A DNA stretch of 64,000 nucleotides, taken from positions 4,740,719 to 4,804,718 of the forward strand of contig CAVPTO010000003.1 of the NCBI GenBank assembly GCA_963708675.1, given 5' to 3'. Of the stretch, positions 9,122 through 17,657 are shown piece after piece. Numbering within the stretch: the stretch's first letter is position 1; every line of letters starts with the position of its first letter. Source of the DNA: an uncultured Planctomycetota bacterium (GTDB lineage Bacteria; Planctomycetota; Planctomycetia; Pirellulales; PNKZ01). A program made the translations under genes and the position numbers. The notes below the pieces were generated by a model that worked only from the letters and a program-made list of their open reading frames with translations, searched no databases and was not told where the DNA came from.

Positions 9122-10083
9122 CGAAGTTTCGAGAGGTCGCTGGTCAGTTTTTGGCTGCCTTCGACGAGGTTGCTCTCAAGCATCATGCCGACGATGTTGC
9201 GGTTGCCGGCGATGCGTTGATGCACGACGCTGTTCCAGGCGATCTCCTGGCGGCGATGGTCCTTGTCGCTGTTGGCGTGACTGCAATCGACCATGATGTT
9301 CGACTTCAGACCGGCGGCGGTCAAAGCGTCGGCGGCGATGGCCAGGTTGGCGGCGTCGTAGTTCGGTCCCGAGCGTCCGCCGCGAAGGATCAGGTGGCCC
9401 CACGGATTGCCACGCGTGTTGATGACACACGTGCGTCCGTCGAGGTCGATGCCCAGGAAACTGTGGGCGTGCTGTGCCGAGAGCATCGCGTCGATGGCGA
9501 TTTGCAGGTTGCCGTCGGTGGCGTTCTTGTAGCCGACGGGCATCGACAGACCGCTGGCCATCTGGCGGTGCGTCTGCGACTCGGTCGTGCGAGCGCCGAT
9601 CGACGCCCACGTGACGAGGTCAGCCACATACTGCGGTGTGATCGGTTCGAGCATTTCGGTCGCGGCCGGCATGCCCATGTCGTTGATATCAATCAGCAAC
9701 TTGCGGGCGCGACGCAATCCGGAGGCAATGTCGAACGTGCCGTCGAGGTTCGGGTCGTTGATGAGGCCTTTCCAACCGACGATCGTGCGCGGCTTTTCGA
9801 AGTAGACGCGCATGACGATGACGATCCGCGAGTTGACTTCGGCGGAGAGTTCCGTGAGACGCTGCGCGTACTCGAGCGCGGCCCGTTCGTCGTGGATCGA
9901 GCAAGGCCCGACGATCGCCAGCAGCCGGTTGTCGTCGCCGCCAAGGATGTTGCGGACGGCCTCGCGAGCGGTGACAACCGTGCGATTGCCGGCCTCGGTC
10001 ATCGGCAGCTCTTCTTTGAGCAGCCTCGGGGCGGTCAACTCGGCAGTGCTGACGACATTGATATCGAAGGTTTTTTGCATCAT
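9013..10083 (-). CDS. aroG: 3-deoxy-7-phosphoheptulonate (DAHP) synthase, class I
   Basis: Matches AroF/G/H-type proteins along its length, including [30 protein letters not shown] and [10 protein letters not shown]. Which isozyme (aroF/G/H) cannot be decided. Confidence 0.93.
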   Translation of the reverse strand: MMQKTFDINVVSTAELTAPRLLKEELPMTEAGNRTVVTAREAVRNILGGDDNRLLAIVGPCSIHDERAALEYAQRLTELSAEVNSRIVIVMRVYFEKPRTIVGWKGLINDPNLDGTFDIASGLRRARKLLIDINDMGMPAATEMLEPITPQYVADLVTWASIGARTTESQTHRQMASGLSMPVGYKNATDGNLQIAIDAMLSAQHAHSFLGIDLDGRTCVINTRGNPWGHLILRGGRSGPNYDAANLAIAADALTAAGLKSNIMVDCSHANSDKDHRRQEIAWNSVVHQRIAGNRNIVGMMLESNLVEGSQKLTSDLSKLRYGVSITDACTGWDETRKLILGAYESLAEVPELASV

Positions 10084-10193
10084 GCATTTATCTTAATTCG
10101 GCGTGCCGAGGTGCCAAAGGGCAAATGGCGGGGGCGATAACGCCAAATGGTGGGGCAAACCCGCGCTCGGCGCGGGTCGCGGCTAACCAAACG

Positions 10194-11081
10194 TCACAAC
10201 CCCACGCGGGATACGAACCCCGGTCGACCACGAACGCCCGGATCGACGCGAAACAGCGCTCCGGCCGTGGGTCCGTTGGTCGCGCGGTCTTCGCCGCCGC
10301 CGGTGGTGATGAAGAGTTGATCGAGCTGCGCCCCGGCGAATGCGGGGCACGTGACCTTGGACGTCGGCAACTCGATGCGCGACACTTCGGCGCCATCCGG
10401 CGAGTGGCGTACGACGCATCCTCCGTCGAAGTGCGCCGACCAAAGATAACCATCGGCGTCGATCGCCAAACCATCGGGGCGTGCATTGCTCTTCGACTGT
10501 GGCACGACGACGAGCGGGCGCTGATTGGAAAGGTTGCCCGTCGCGCGGTCGTAGTCGAACTGCCAGATTGTTTTCTTGCCGGTCTCGGTGAAGTACATCG
10601 TTCGTAGATCGTCGGTGAAGCCCATGCCGTTGGGCGTGCCGACGTCGTCGAGCAACTTGTGCAACGTGCCGTCGCGATCGAGTCGGTAGAGCCGGCCGTT
10701 GCGAATCACTTTGCCGTGCGCGTCTTTCACGCCCATCGTGCCGCAGAAGACGCGACCTTCGGGGTCAGCGATCACGTCGTTGAAGCGCGAGTCGAGCTCG
10801 GCTTCGATTTGTTCGACGACGGTGCGCTCGATCTTGCCATCGCGCCACACGACGACCGTTCCGAGATCTTGAAACAGCAACAGCGACCCATCGGCCTGCA
10901 CTGTCATGCCGCCGACAGGACGGCCTCGGTAAATCTGCTCGTGCTTGCCGGTGACGGGGTCGAGGCGATACATCGCGCCGCCGGGGATGTCGGTCCAATA
11001 GAGCCGCTGTTCGGCTGCATGCCACGTCGGGCGTTCGCCGGTGCGACAGGGATAGTCGGCCACGATTTCAAGTTTCATCAT
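10194..11081 (-). CDS. SMP-30/gluconolactonase/LRE-family beta-propeller hydrolase
   Basis: Start re-set to MMKLEIVADYPC at 11081, forming an ATGATGA overlap with the stop of the upstream hydrolase gene. Motif ERPTWHAAEQRLYWTDIPGGAMYRLDP and repeated propeller blades. Confidence 0.85.
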   Translation of the reverse strand: MMKLEIVADYPCRTGERPTWHAAEQRLYWTDIPGGAMYRLDPVTGKHEQIYRGRPVGGMTVQADGSLLLFQDLGTVVVWRDGKIERTVVEQIEAELDSRFNDVIADPEGRVFCGTMGVKDAHGKVIRNGRLYRLDRDGTLHKLLDDVGTPNGMGFTDDLRTMYFTETGKKTIWQFDYDRATGNLSNQRPLVVVPQSKSNARPDGLAIDADGYLWSAHFDGGCVVRHSPDGAEVSRIELPTSKVTCPAFAGAQLDQLFITTGGGEDRATNGPTAGALFRVDPGVRGRPGFVSRVGL

Positions 11082-12286
11082 CGCTCCAGTGGTTCGGGCG
11101 GCGCGATTGAGAACGACGGCGCGGTGTGCGGTTTCGGCAGGCTCGCACGATCGAGGCAATCGGCGAAGAAGGTGTCGATGCTCGCGGCGATCGTGAGAGG
11201 CTGTTCGATGAACGGAAGATGGCCGGCCGCGATGGCGACGTCGATGCGAGCGTTCGGTAGTTGCGAGGCCATGAATTGATGGCACGCGGGGGGCGTCCAA
11301 CGATCGTGCTGGCCAACGATCAACAGTGTCGGCACGTCGATGCGCGGCAGCGTCTCGCGTTCGTCGAAATCGAGCATCGCTTGCAAGCCCGACATGACGA
11401 TGCGAGGCGGAGCAGAGCTGAGCAGTCGCGCGAGATGGTCCAGTTCGCTCCATCCAGGCGAGCGGCCGAACATCGCCAAGCGTGTCGCGAAGTGGAGCGA
11501 GCCGTTGAGGTAACTGAGCGTGTCGATCAATCGCACGAGCGGCGAAACGGCTTTGGCGACGCGGATGAGCGGTCGGATCACGGGGCGTTCGAGGCGCGAT
11601 AACTTGTCGGCCTGCGCTGCCGTGTGAATGGGGCTGGTGTATGTCGTGTCGATCAACACAAGCCCGGCGATTTGTCGGCCCAAACGATCGCGGAATCGCC
11701 GCGCGTATGTTTGGAGGATCATTCCGCCGATGCTGTGACCGACGAGCAATACGGGGCGATCGTTGCCGATCGAGCCGACGACGGCATCCAGGTCATCGGC
11801 GAGGGTGTCGAAGTTCACGTCGCGCGTGCCGCCGGACTCGGTGTTGCCAGGCGCGGTACTGCCGGGTAACGACGAGCCCAATCCTGGCAAATCCCATCGC
11901 ACCACGCGCCATCGTGTTGCGAGGCGCTCGAGGAACGGCGTCGGCCAAATGGTGCTGTCGACCGCCCAGCCATGCGTGAGCACGATGGTCGGCGCGTCGG
12001 CGGGGCCGAGACTTTCGACGAAGATGCGCGAACCGTCGGGGCGATCGAGGAATGATGTAGTGGCATTCGACAGGGGCGATCGCGCCGGCCGTCGCCGATG
12101 CGAGAAAAGCAGCGCTAATAGCGGGATGGCAAAGCTCGCGATGAGCATCCCGGTCCCTTGCACCAGGAAGCGATGCTTCGCGGGTTCGGTGGCGAACCAG
12201 GCTCGCAAATAATCGATGGCGCCGACGACTTGCAGCAAGCCGCCGATGCCAAGCACCCACACGCGCACGATACCGAAGGGAAACAT
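11078..12286 (-). CDS. Alpha/beta-fold hydrolase with N-terminal transmembrane segments
   Basis: Nucleophile elbow LLVGHSIGGM. HGW oxyanion region VLTHGWAV. Start set to MFPFGIVRVWVLGIGG (12286), where hydrophobic segments begin; the upstream part of the track ORF looks non-coding. Confidence 0.8.
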   Translation of the reverse strand: MFPFGIVRVWVLGIGGLLQVVGAIDYLRAWFATEPAKHRFLVQGTGMLIASFAIPLLALLFSHRRRPARSPLSNATTSFLDRPDGSRIFVESLGPADAPTIVLTHGWAVDSTIWPTPFLERLATRWRVVRWDLPGLGSSLPGSTAPGNTESGGTRDVNFDTLADDLDAVVGSIGNDRPVLLVGHSIGGMILQTYARRFRDRLGRQIAGLVLIDTTYTSPIHTAAQADKLSRLERPVIRPLIRVAKAVSPLVRLIDTLSYLNGSLHFATRLAMFGRSPGWSELDHLARLLSSAPPRIVMSGLQAMLDFDERETLPRIDVPTLLIVGQHDRWTPPACHQFMASQLPNARIDVAIAAGHLPFIEQPLTIAASIDTFFADCLDRASLPKPHTAPSFSIAPPEPLER

Positions 12287-12348
12287 ACGCGTAACGATGG
12301 CGGAACGTGCCGAGATTTGCAACGGCGGTGCGTGTGCGAGGCGAACCG

Positions 12349-13020
12349 TCACGCCCAGGCGTGTACCCGATAGAATAGGCCGCCTGCTACGAGCGATTGC
12401 AAATATCTGCACGCCCTGTCGTCGGGAACTGCCTTCGAGAATGTCACCACAACAATGTTGCAGCCGTAATGCTTGAACCACCCGCCGCCGGTGATTTGAG
12501 CGATGACAAATAGAAATCGCTTTCCGGTTTCGGCGTCTCGCAGAATGTCAGCAGCGGCAGCGTCGGGAACGTGACCAACTTGCTGACCATTCTGACGTGT
12601 CAGCACAATCGCGTGTTTGCTGTGCTCGTTCGCTGGATCGTGAAATGCCCAGAGGCGCTCGCCTTGACTGCACGCCTTGATGACAGCCTGCCGCCCCTCG
12701 AACGTTACGCCAGCGATGTTTTGATGAAAGTGTCCGCACCCGTGCCATTTGTCGGTTGGCAACGGCATCGGCAGAAAGGGGGGCAACGTGATCGTCGGAA
12801 CTTCAACCATATTGCCGACCAGGGCTGAGCGAGCAACATCGCCGAGTGGATTCGTGGCGGTATTGACCATGGCGCCGGTTACTGGCGCAGCCTCGGCTTC
12901 GCCGTTATCGCCAGATCGCACGGTTGTTCTGAGTGCGGACACGCCTTTGCGAATCACGCCTTTGATCGTGTTCCAAGACCCGTCCATGGTGAAAGATCCG
13001 AATGGCTCTGTCGAAAACAT
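12349..13020 (-). CDS. HIRAN-domain protein with unassigned ~100-aa N-terminal region
   Basis: The C-terminal 120 aa follow the HIRAN pattern: IAGVTFEGRQ ... ERLWAFHDPANEHSKHAIVL ... GQQVGHVPDAAAADI. No helicase or nuclease domain is attached. Confidence 0.6.
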   Translation of the reverse strand: MFSTEPFGSFTMDGSWNTIKGVIRKGVSALRTTVRSGDNGEAEAAPVTGAMVNTATNPLGDVARSALVGNMVEVPTITLPPFLPMPLPTDKWHGCGHFHQNIAGVTFEGRQAVIKACSQGERLWAFHDPANEHSKHAIVLTRQNGQQVGHVPDAAAADILRDAETGKRFLFVIAQITGGGWFKHYGCNIVVVTFSKAVPDDRACRYLQSLVAGGLFYRVHAWA

Positions 13021-13093
13021 CCTCGTACCGCCACGATTCTATCGTGATCCGGGCGAGCGAGCCAAACGCGACAGGAGCGTCGTCCCGCCGGCT

Positions 13094-13239
13094 ATTGATC
13101 CTCAGAAAACCGCGTGAACCAGGGCCTACGCGTAGTATCACCGCTTGCGGTTTCGCGCGTCTCACGGGCGGCACGCGCGAAACCGCAAGCGGTGATGGGT
13201 AGCATCATCGCGATTTAACTTTGTTTTCTGAGGATCAAT
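13094..13239. mobile_element. MITE-like 146-bp element: 17-bp perfect terminal inverted repeats enclosing a 24-bp perfect inner inverted repeat
   Basis: Outer repeat is attgatcctcagaaaac (13094-13110) with its reverse complement at 13223-13239. Inner repeat is atcaccgcttgcggtttcgcgcgt (13137-13160) with its reverse complement at 13173-13196. No ORF inside. Confidence 0.5.
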
Positions 13240-13244
13240 AAACG

Positions 13245-14477
13245 TTACGGACGTCGTGCGGTCGCATTGAGCTGCGCTTGAAGGGCCTGCACTTCGTTCG
13301 AGAGTTCCTGAAGGCGTGTTTCGAGAATCTTGATGTCGTTGTAGGTCGTGGCGGTCGCGGCGGCCACGGTCGCTTGAGTGACATCTTGCAAGCGTGGCGT
13401 GAGCGTCATCGTTGTCGGGAAGGTCTTGTTCTGACGCAAGATGATCATGTTCACACGATTGCCCATCTGCTGCATGCCGAGAAGGCTCACGAACTGCGCG
13501 ACGGTGCTCACCTGCGTATCGCCAACCGAACCGATGATATCGCCACCGACAAGGCCCGCCTCGGCCGCCGGACTTCCGGGAGCGACGCGTGTCACCGATA
13601 CCGTGTTCGGCGAGACGTCACGCAGTGCGAGCCCCAGCATGCTGGCCTCGACCGAATTCGGATCGGCAGGCGATGACGCGGTCTGCTGCTTAGCGGCGGC
13701 CGCGGGGCCGGCATCGGCCGGAAGGATTTGGACGGTCATTTTTTCGCTTCGCGTGTCGTCGATCGGACGCGCGAACTCGACGGTGAACCCTGCCCCCGAA
13801 TGCTGACGGCCAACGAAGTCGGTCATGCCCGCGATCATCGCTGATACCGGCGACGCAGGATGGCCGCCGACCGAAATCAGCATGTCCCCCGCATGGATGC
13901 CTGCCTTGGCGGCTGGCGACATGGCTGACACGCGGTCGACAAGGACCGGCCCGTTGGGAACCTGATGGACGAACATGCCGAAAACGTTGCTTTCGGTTGC
14001 GTTGGGCGTCGGCGTGGTCGAGGTGCCTGGCCCCGTTGCTGTCTGAGCGCTCGGATCGAGCGCAACGCGAGCATCGAACGTCGTGCCGCCACGATTCAGC
14101 GTGAACGTCAACGTTTCGACACCGGTCAGGCTGAGCAGCGTGTCGTCCATACGGGCGATGGTTTGCACCGAAGCCCCGGCAATGCGGACCACTTCGTCCC
14201 CCTTCTCGATGCCGCCGCGGGCTCCGAGGCTGCCGGGACGAACCTCGTCGATGATGACGTGCGTGACCGGAGTGCCCGAAAATCGCAACCCGAAACGCTG
14301 CCAGACGAGTTCAGCCTTCTGACCGTCGGACATCGTGGGTGGCGTGGCTCCGCCGGTCGAGGGCGCGGTAGCACCCGCCGATGACGTGGCCTGAGCATGC
14401 ACGTAACACGGCAGCGAGGTGATCGCCGCGACGCAAACGATTCCAGCCAGCCACCATTTCAAGTCTTGCGAGCACAT
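13245..14477 (-). CDS. Secreted multi-PDZ-domain protein with C-terminal coiled coil
   Basis: Signal peptide WWLAGIVCVAAITSLPCYVHAQA. Three PDZ-type segments (GIEKGDEVVRIAG, GIHAGDMLISVGG, GLVGGDIIGSVGD). C-terminal heptad region LETRLQELSNEVQALQAQL. Confidence 0.8.
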   Translation of the reverse strand: MCSQDLKWWLAGIVCVAAITSLPCYVHAQATSSAGATAPSTGGATPPTMSDGQKAELVWQRFGLRFSGTPVTHVIIDEVRPGSLGARGGIEKGDEVVRIAGASVQTIARMDDTLLSLTGVETLTFTLNRGGTTFDARVALDPSAQTATGPGTSTTPTPNATESNVFGMFVHQVPNGPVLVDRVSAMSPAAKAGIHAGDMLISVGGHPASPVSAMIAGMTDFVGRQHSGAGFTVEFARPIDDTRSEKMTVQILPADAGPAAAAKQQTASSPADPNSVEASMLGLALRDVSPNTVSVTRVAPGSPAAEAGLVGGDIIGSVGDTQVSTVAQFVSLLGMQQMGNRVNMIILRQNKTFPTTMTLTPRLQDVTQATVAAATATTYNDIKILETRLQELSNEVQALQAQLNATARRP

Positions 14478-14607
14478 GGGTCACGCTCCCGTTGCAGATT
14501 GGGCGATATCTGCTGCAACGGGAGCATTTCATGTGCCAAGAGCGTGACCGCGGCGACCGCTTCGTCGTCCGCGGCCCATGCTGTGGCACCGGCCCAAGAG
14601 GGGGCCG

Positions 14608-15876
14608 TTAGCGCTGGGCATTCGTCAAGATACGGCGATCGGTCACCGGACGCACGACGCCACCCGTAGACGGCGGATCTTGGATCTGGTCGGCCGGCAA
14701 CGCGTCGGTCGCGAAGGCTTCGACCGTGTTGGGCCCGTCGAACGCCACGCCGTCGACCAAATCGCCGGTCGGCGTCCAGCGCGTCCATTGGCCGGTCTGC
14801 TCGCCCAGGTCGTACGTGCCTTGGACGAAGCGCTTGCCGGTCGGATACCACCACGACCAGCGACCCTGCTGACGGCCGTCGAAGTAATCGCCTTCGATCG
14901 CACGCATACCGTTGGCATGCCACCAGGCGAACTTGCCGACCGGCTTGTCGTCGCGGAACTCCCCCTGCATGGCCTTTTGGCCGCTGCTGTAATAGGTGGT
15001 CCACATGCCGTGACGGATTTCTTTGCCATCGGTCCCCGTACGTTCGCTGCTGCGAATGCCCGCCCACCAATCGTCGCTCACGTGGACGGTCTCCTTCGCG
15101 CTGCGATAGTGCGCCTCGGCCTTGAGCACGCCGGGCGAGTACCACTCGCGACGCACTTCATTGCGGCGGCCTTCGTGATACACCTCTTTCGCCACGAGCG
15201 AGCCGTCGGTCGCCCATTCGAAGAACTCGCCTTCGAGGTCGCCGTTGGTGTAGCTCGCCTCACGCCACTTGCCGCCATCGGGGAAATACCAAACAGCGCG
15301 GCCATGACGCTGACCGTCGTCGTATTCCCACACGGCAACTTCGCGACCTCGCGCGTCAACGACCTTCCACTCACCGCTGAGTTGGCCGTCGCTGAACGAA
15401 GCTGTCGAAATGAACGGCGCGGTGAACATCTTGCCCCACGAGCTCGACAGCATTTCCGCTTCGCCTTCGACGAAGATTCGCACCCACTTGCCGTGCGGCT
15501 TGTTGTGACGATAGTTGCCGTGCCCCATCTCGCGGCCCTTCTCGTCGTACATGATCCACGGACCATGGTTGACGTAGTTGCCGTCGATGTCGCAGATCAC
15601 GTGTCGTTCGACTTTGATCGCGCGGTTCTTATAACGCTCGGTGATCACTTCCGAGTCGACGCTCTCGAGGTTCACGCCCGTGTCGAGCGGAGCGAGCCCC
15701 GCTGGCGGCGGCGTCAGGTCGAGCACCTTTTCGGCATGCACGGCCATGGCAGTGCCACCGAGTGCTGCCAAGGCTAGGGCTGTCGTTCGACTCCAGCGTC
15801 CGACCGCACTGCTTATTCGCACCACCATGACATCGCGCTCCTTCGAAGGCGTCATACTTTGCCTGAACCGCCGCAT
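14608..15876 (-). CDS. MORN-repeat-variant (YwqK-like) repeat protein, secreted
   Basis: At least 8 repeats of the G-W-x-Y/W-x-x-G pattern (HGRAVWYFPDGGKWREASYTNGDLEGEF, HGMWTTYYSSGQKAMQGEF, GRWSWWYPTGKRFVQGTY). The start may instead be the internal ATG at 15828, which precedes the signal-like TTALALAALGGTAMAVHA. Confidence 0.8.
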   Translation of the reverse strand: MRRFRQSMTPSKERDVMVVRISSAVGRWSRTTALALAALGGTAMAVHAEKVLDLTPPPAGLAPLDTGVNLESVDSEVITERYKNRAIKVERHVICDIDGNYVNHGPWIMYDEKGREMGHGNYRHNKPHGKWVRIFVEGEAEMLSSSWGKMFTAPFISTASFSDGQLSGEWKVVDARGREVAVWEYDDGQRHGRAVWYFPDGGKWREASYTNGDLEGEFFEWATDGSLVAKEVYHEGRRNEVRREWYSPGVLKAEAHYRSAKETVHVSDDWWAGIRSSERTGTDGKEIRHGMWTTYYSSGQKAMQGEFRDDKPVGKFAWWHANGMRAIEGDYFDGRQQGRWSWWYPTGKRFVQGTYDLGEQTGQWTRWTPTGDLVDGVAFDGPNTVEAFATDALPADQIQDPPSTGGVVRPVTDRRILTNAQR

Positions 15877-16120
15877 CGCGACGACGCAGGCCGATAAGAT
15901 CGGTTCCTACAGCACAACAGATCGTCGCGGAATAATCGGGGTTTTGATGCTTTTTGGTTTCCGACGCAGGACCGCTAGAACCCGCACCTCTTACCGGACC
16001 CGCACGACTGCGATAACCTGAGAACCCGCGTGCTGGCATCGACCGCGATTGAGCCGCGACGCGCAGCGAGCGCTCCGCTGGCGCGTCGCGGCTATCAAAA
16101 ATGAGAGAATGAAACGAACT

Positions 16121-16248
16121 CCTCTCCCTTTGGGAGAGGGTGGCGGCGCAGCCGCCGGGTGAGGGCGGGTAGAAGTAGATTACGATCACCACTTCTACCC
16201 GCCCTCATCCGCCGCTTCGCGGCACCTTCTCCCGGTGGGAGAAGGGTT
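16121..16248. repeat. Composite nested-palindrome element, copy A (family also at 43750, 48484, 53199)
   Basis: Order of parts: cctctccc-ttt-gggagagg, then gtgagggcggg, a central loop, cccgccctca, then ccttctccc-ggt-gggagaagg. Ends 53 nt upstream of the yjbQ ATG. Confidence 0.9.
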
Positions 16249-16301
16249 CGAACGACACTCTGAATATCAATAAACCAAAGTCAGCAACCAAAAACGCCCC
16301 C

Positions 16302-16724
16302 ATGAAATCCTTCACCGACTACCTCACCATCACCGTCCCCACCGAGCGCGGGTTCGAGAACATCACGCCACGCGTCGCCGACGCCATTCGCAAAAGCGGC
16401 GTGCAAGAAGGGATCGTGCTCGTCAACTCGATGCACATCACGGCCAGCGTGTTCATCAACGACGACGAATCTGGCCTGCACCACGACTTCGAGAAGTGGC
16501 TCGAGCAGCTGGCCCCGTTCAATCCCGACCCGAACGTCTACCATCACAACCGCACGGGCGAAGACAACGCCGACGCGCACCTGAAAAGGCAGATCATGGG
16601 ACGCGAGGTCGTGTGCGCGATCACCAAGGGCAAGCTCGACTTCGGCCCGTGGGAACAAATCTTCTACGGCGAGTTCGATGGCCGCCGCGCCAAGCGCGTG
16701 CTGATCAAGGTGCTCGGCGAGTGA
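16302..16724 (+). CDS. YjbQ/UPF0047 family protein (secondary thiamine-phosphate synthase-type)
   Basis: 140 aa matching UPF0047 throughout: [55 protein letters not shown]. Confidence 0.9.
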   Translation: MKSFTDYLTITVPTERGFENITPRVADAIRKSGVQEGIVLVNSMHITASVFINDDESGLHHDFEKWLEQLAPFNPDPNVYHHNRTGEDNADAHLKRQIMGREVVCAITKGKLDFGPWEQIFYGEFDGRRAKRVLIKVLGE

Positions 16725-16725
16725 A
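16669..16725 (+). repeat. 57-bp direct repeat, copy 1 (functional 3' end of yjbQ)
   Basis: 54 of 57 nt are identical to 17601-17657, counted by eye. Encodes ...[17 protein letters not shown]. Confidence 0.95.
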
Positions 16726-16760
16726 AAGCTGACGCTCGATAACGCACAAGGGCAGATGCG

Positions 16761-17558
16761 GTGAAATCATTCCATGTGCCGATTTTCAGTAGCCAAATTC
16801 TGCGGATGCCTCATGATGCCGAGGAGGCTCAATACGTATTCGATAGTTTTTGGAGCAAGGGACCAGTAGGCGAACGCCCATACTTGTACGCAGATATTAT
16901 CTTGGACTCCGGAATCTACCTGAGGCATGTCGAGTTTGACGGCAGCGGGATTGGGGTTCGCTGTGGCGTTGGCACAAGTCAGCGGGTGGCTGATTGTCCC
17001 GAACTGTTCGGAAGCCGTGCTATTCGTTGGTGTCCGATACGGAGTTTTTCTCATGGGCAGCGATACGACTGGGCTACTTCGTCGGACCGCATGCTATTTG
17101 CCAAAGAGCAAGGGCAGCAAATCCGGCTCTGCGGGTTGCCTATGCCGCCGGCTCTCGTGTCGTTGATCGAAGCTGGAATGTGGAACCATCCCGGTGACGA
17201 TGTGATCAAAGAGATAATCCCCTTTCTGAAAGAGCCGGTGGATTTCTTATCCGTAGATTCGATGGAATCCGAGTCGTCGGGTCATTTGGCAGACTTCCCC
17301 GATACTTCGTCATTGTTTCATGAAATGAGAGGTGGCGGTTCTGTCGTAGTCCCTGACCTGCCGTGGCGTGATGTGAACAAGTCGTTTTTCATCGCCGTGA
17401 ATCGCATTCCCGGAGACGACATCGGCATAGCACTCGACTTTCGAACTGGTGACGAATCTGATCCAAGCGTAATTGCGAGCGATTGGAGCGATGGAACGTG
17501 CAAATGGAGGATGGTATCCGACTCGTTGTCGAGCTTCCTTCAGCAAATTGGCCTTTAG
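16761..17558 (+). CDS. SUKH/SMI1-KNR4-like protein on a low-GC insertion
   Basis: GTG start. The C-terminal half resembles the SUKH immunity fold: LPMPPALVSLIEAG ... IAVNRIPGDDIGIALDFRTGDESDPSVIASDW ... WRMVSDSLSSFLQQIGL. A 100-nt sample has 46 G+C, against 62 in the flanking yjbQ. Confidence 0.55.
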   Translation: MKSFHVPIFSSQILRMPHDAEEAQYVFDSFWSKGPVGERPYLYADIILDSGIYLRHVEFDGSGIGVRCGVGTSQRVADCPELFGSRAIRWCPIRSFSHGQRYDWATSSDRMLFAKEQGQQIRLCGLPMPPALVSLIEAGMWNHPGDDVIKEIIPFLKEPVDFLSVDSMESESSGHLADFPDTSSLFHEMRGGGSVVVPDLPWRDVNKSFFIAVNRIPGDDIGIALDFRTGDESDPSVIASDWSDGTCKWRMVSDSLSSFLQQIGL

Positions 17559-17600
17559 TATCAGTCATGCATTTCGAACTCCTTCAAATAGACCGATGCT

Positions 17601-17657
17601 GCGAGTTCGACGGCCGCCGCGCCAAGCGCGTGCTGATTAAGGTGATCGGCGAGTGAA
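17601..17657 (+). repeat. 57-bp direct repeat, copy 2 (relic yjbQ 3' end that carries the permease start)
   Basis: Would encode ...[17 protein letters not shown]. Its GAGTGAA contains the GTG start (17653) of the permease overlapping the relic TGA. Confidence 0.95.

Noticed and set aside
9151-10140. 329-aa plus-strand ORF
   Set aside because: It is antisense to the DAHP synthase gene, which matches its family along its full length.
14578-15777. 399-aa plus-strand ORF
   Set aside because: It is antisense to the MORN-variant repeat gene and has shadow composition (Arg/Ala/Val/His-rich).
16730-17600. Prophage or integrative element around the low-GC gene
   Set aside because: There is only one ORF, and no integrase, transposase, tRNA target or phage genes. 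It is reported instead as a single-gene cassette with a junction duplication.
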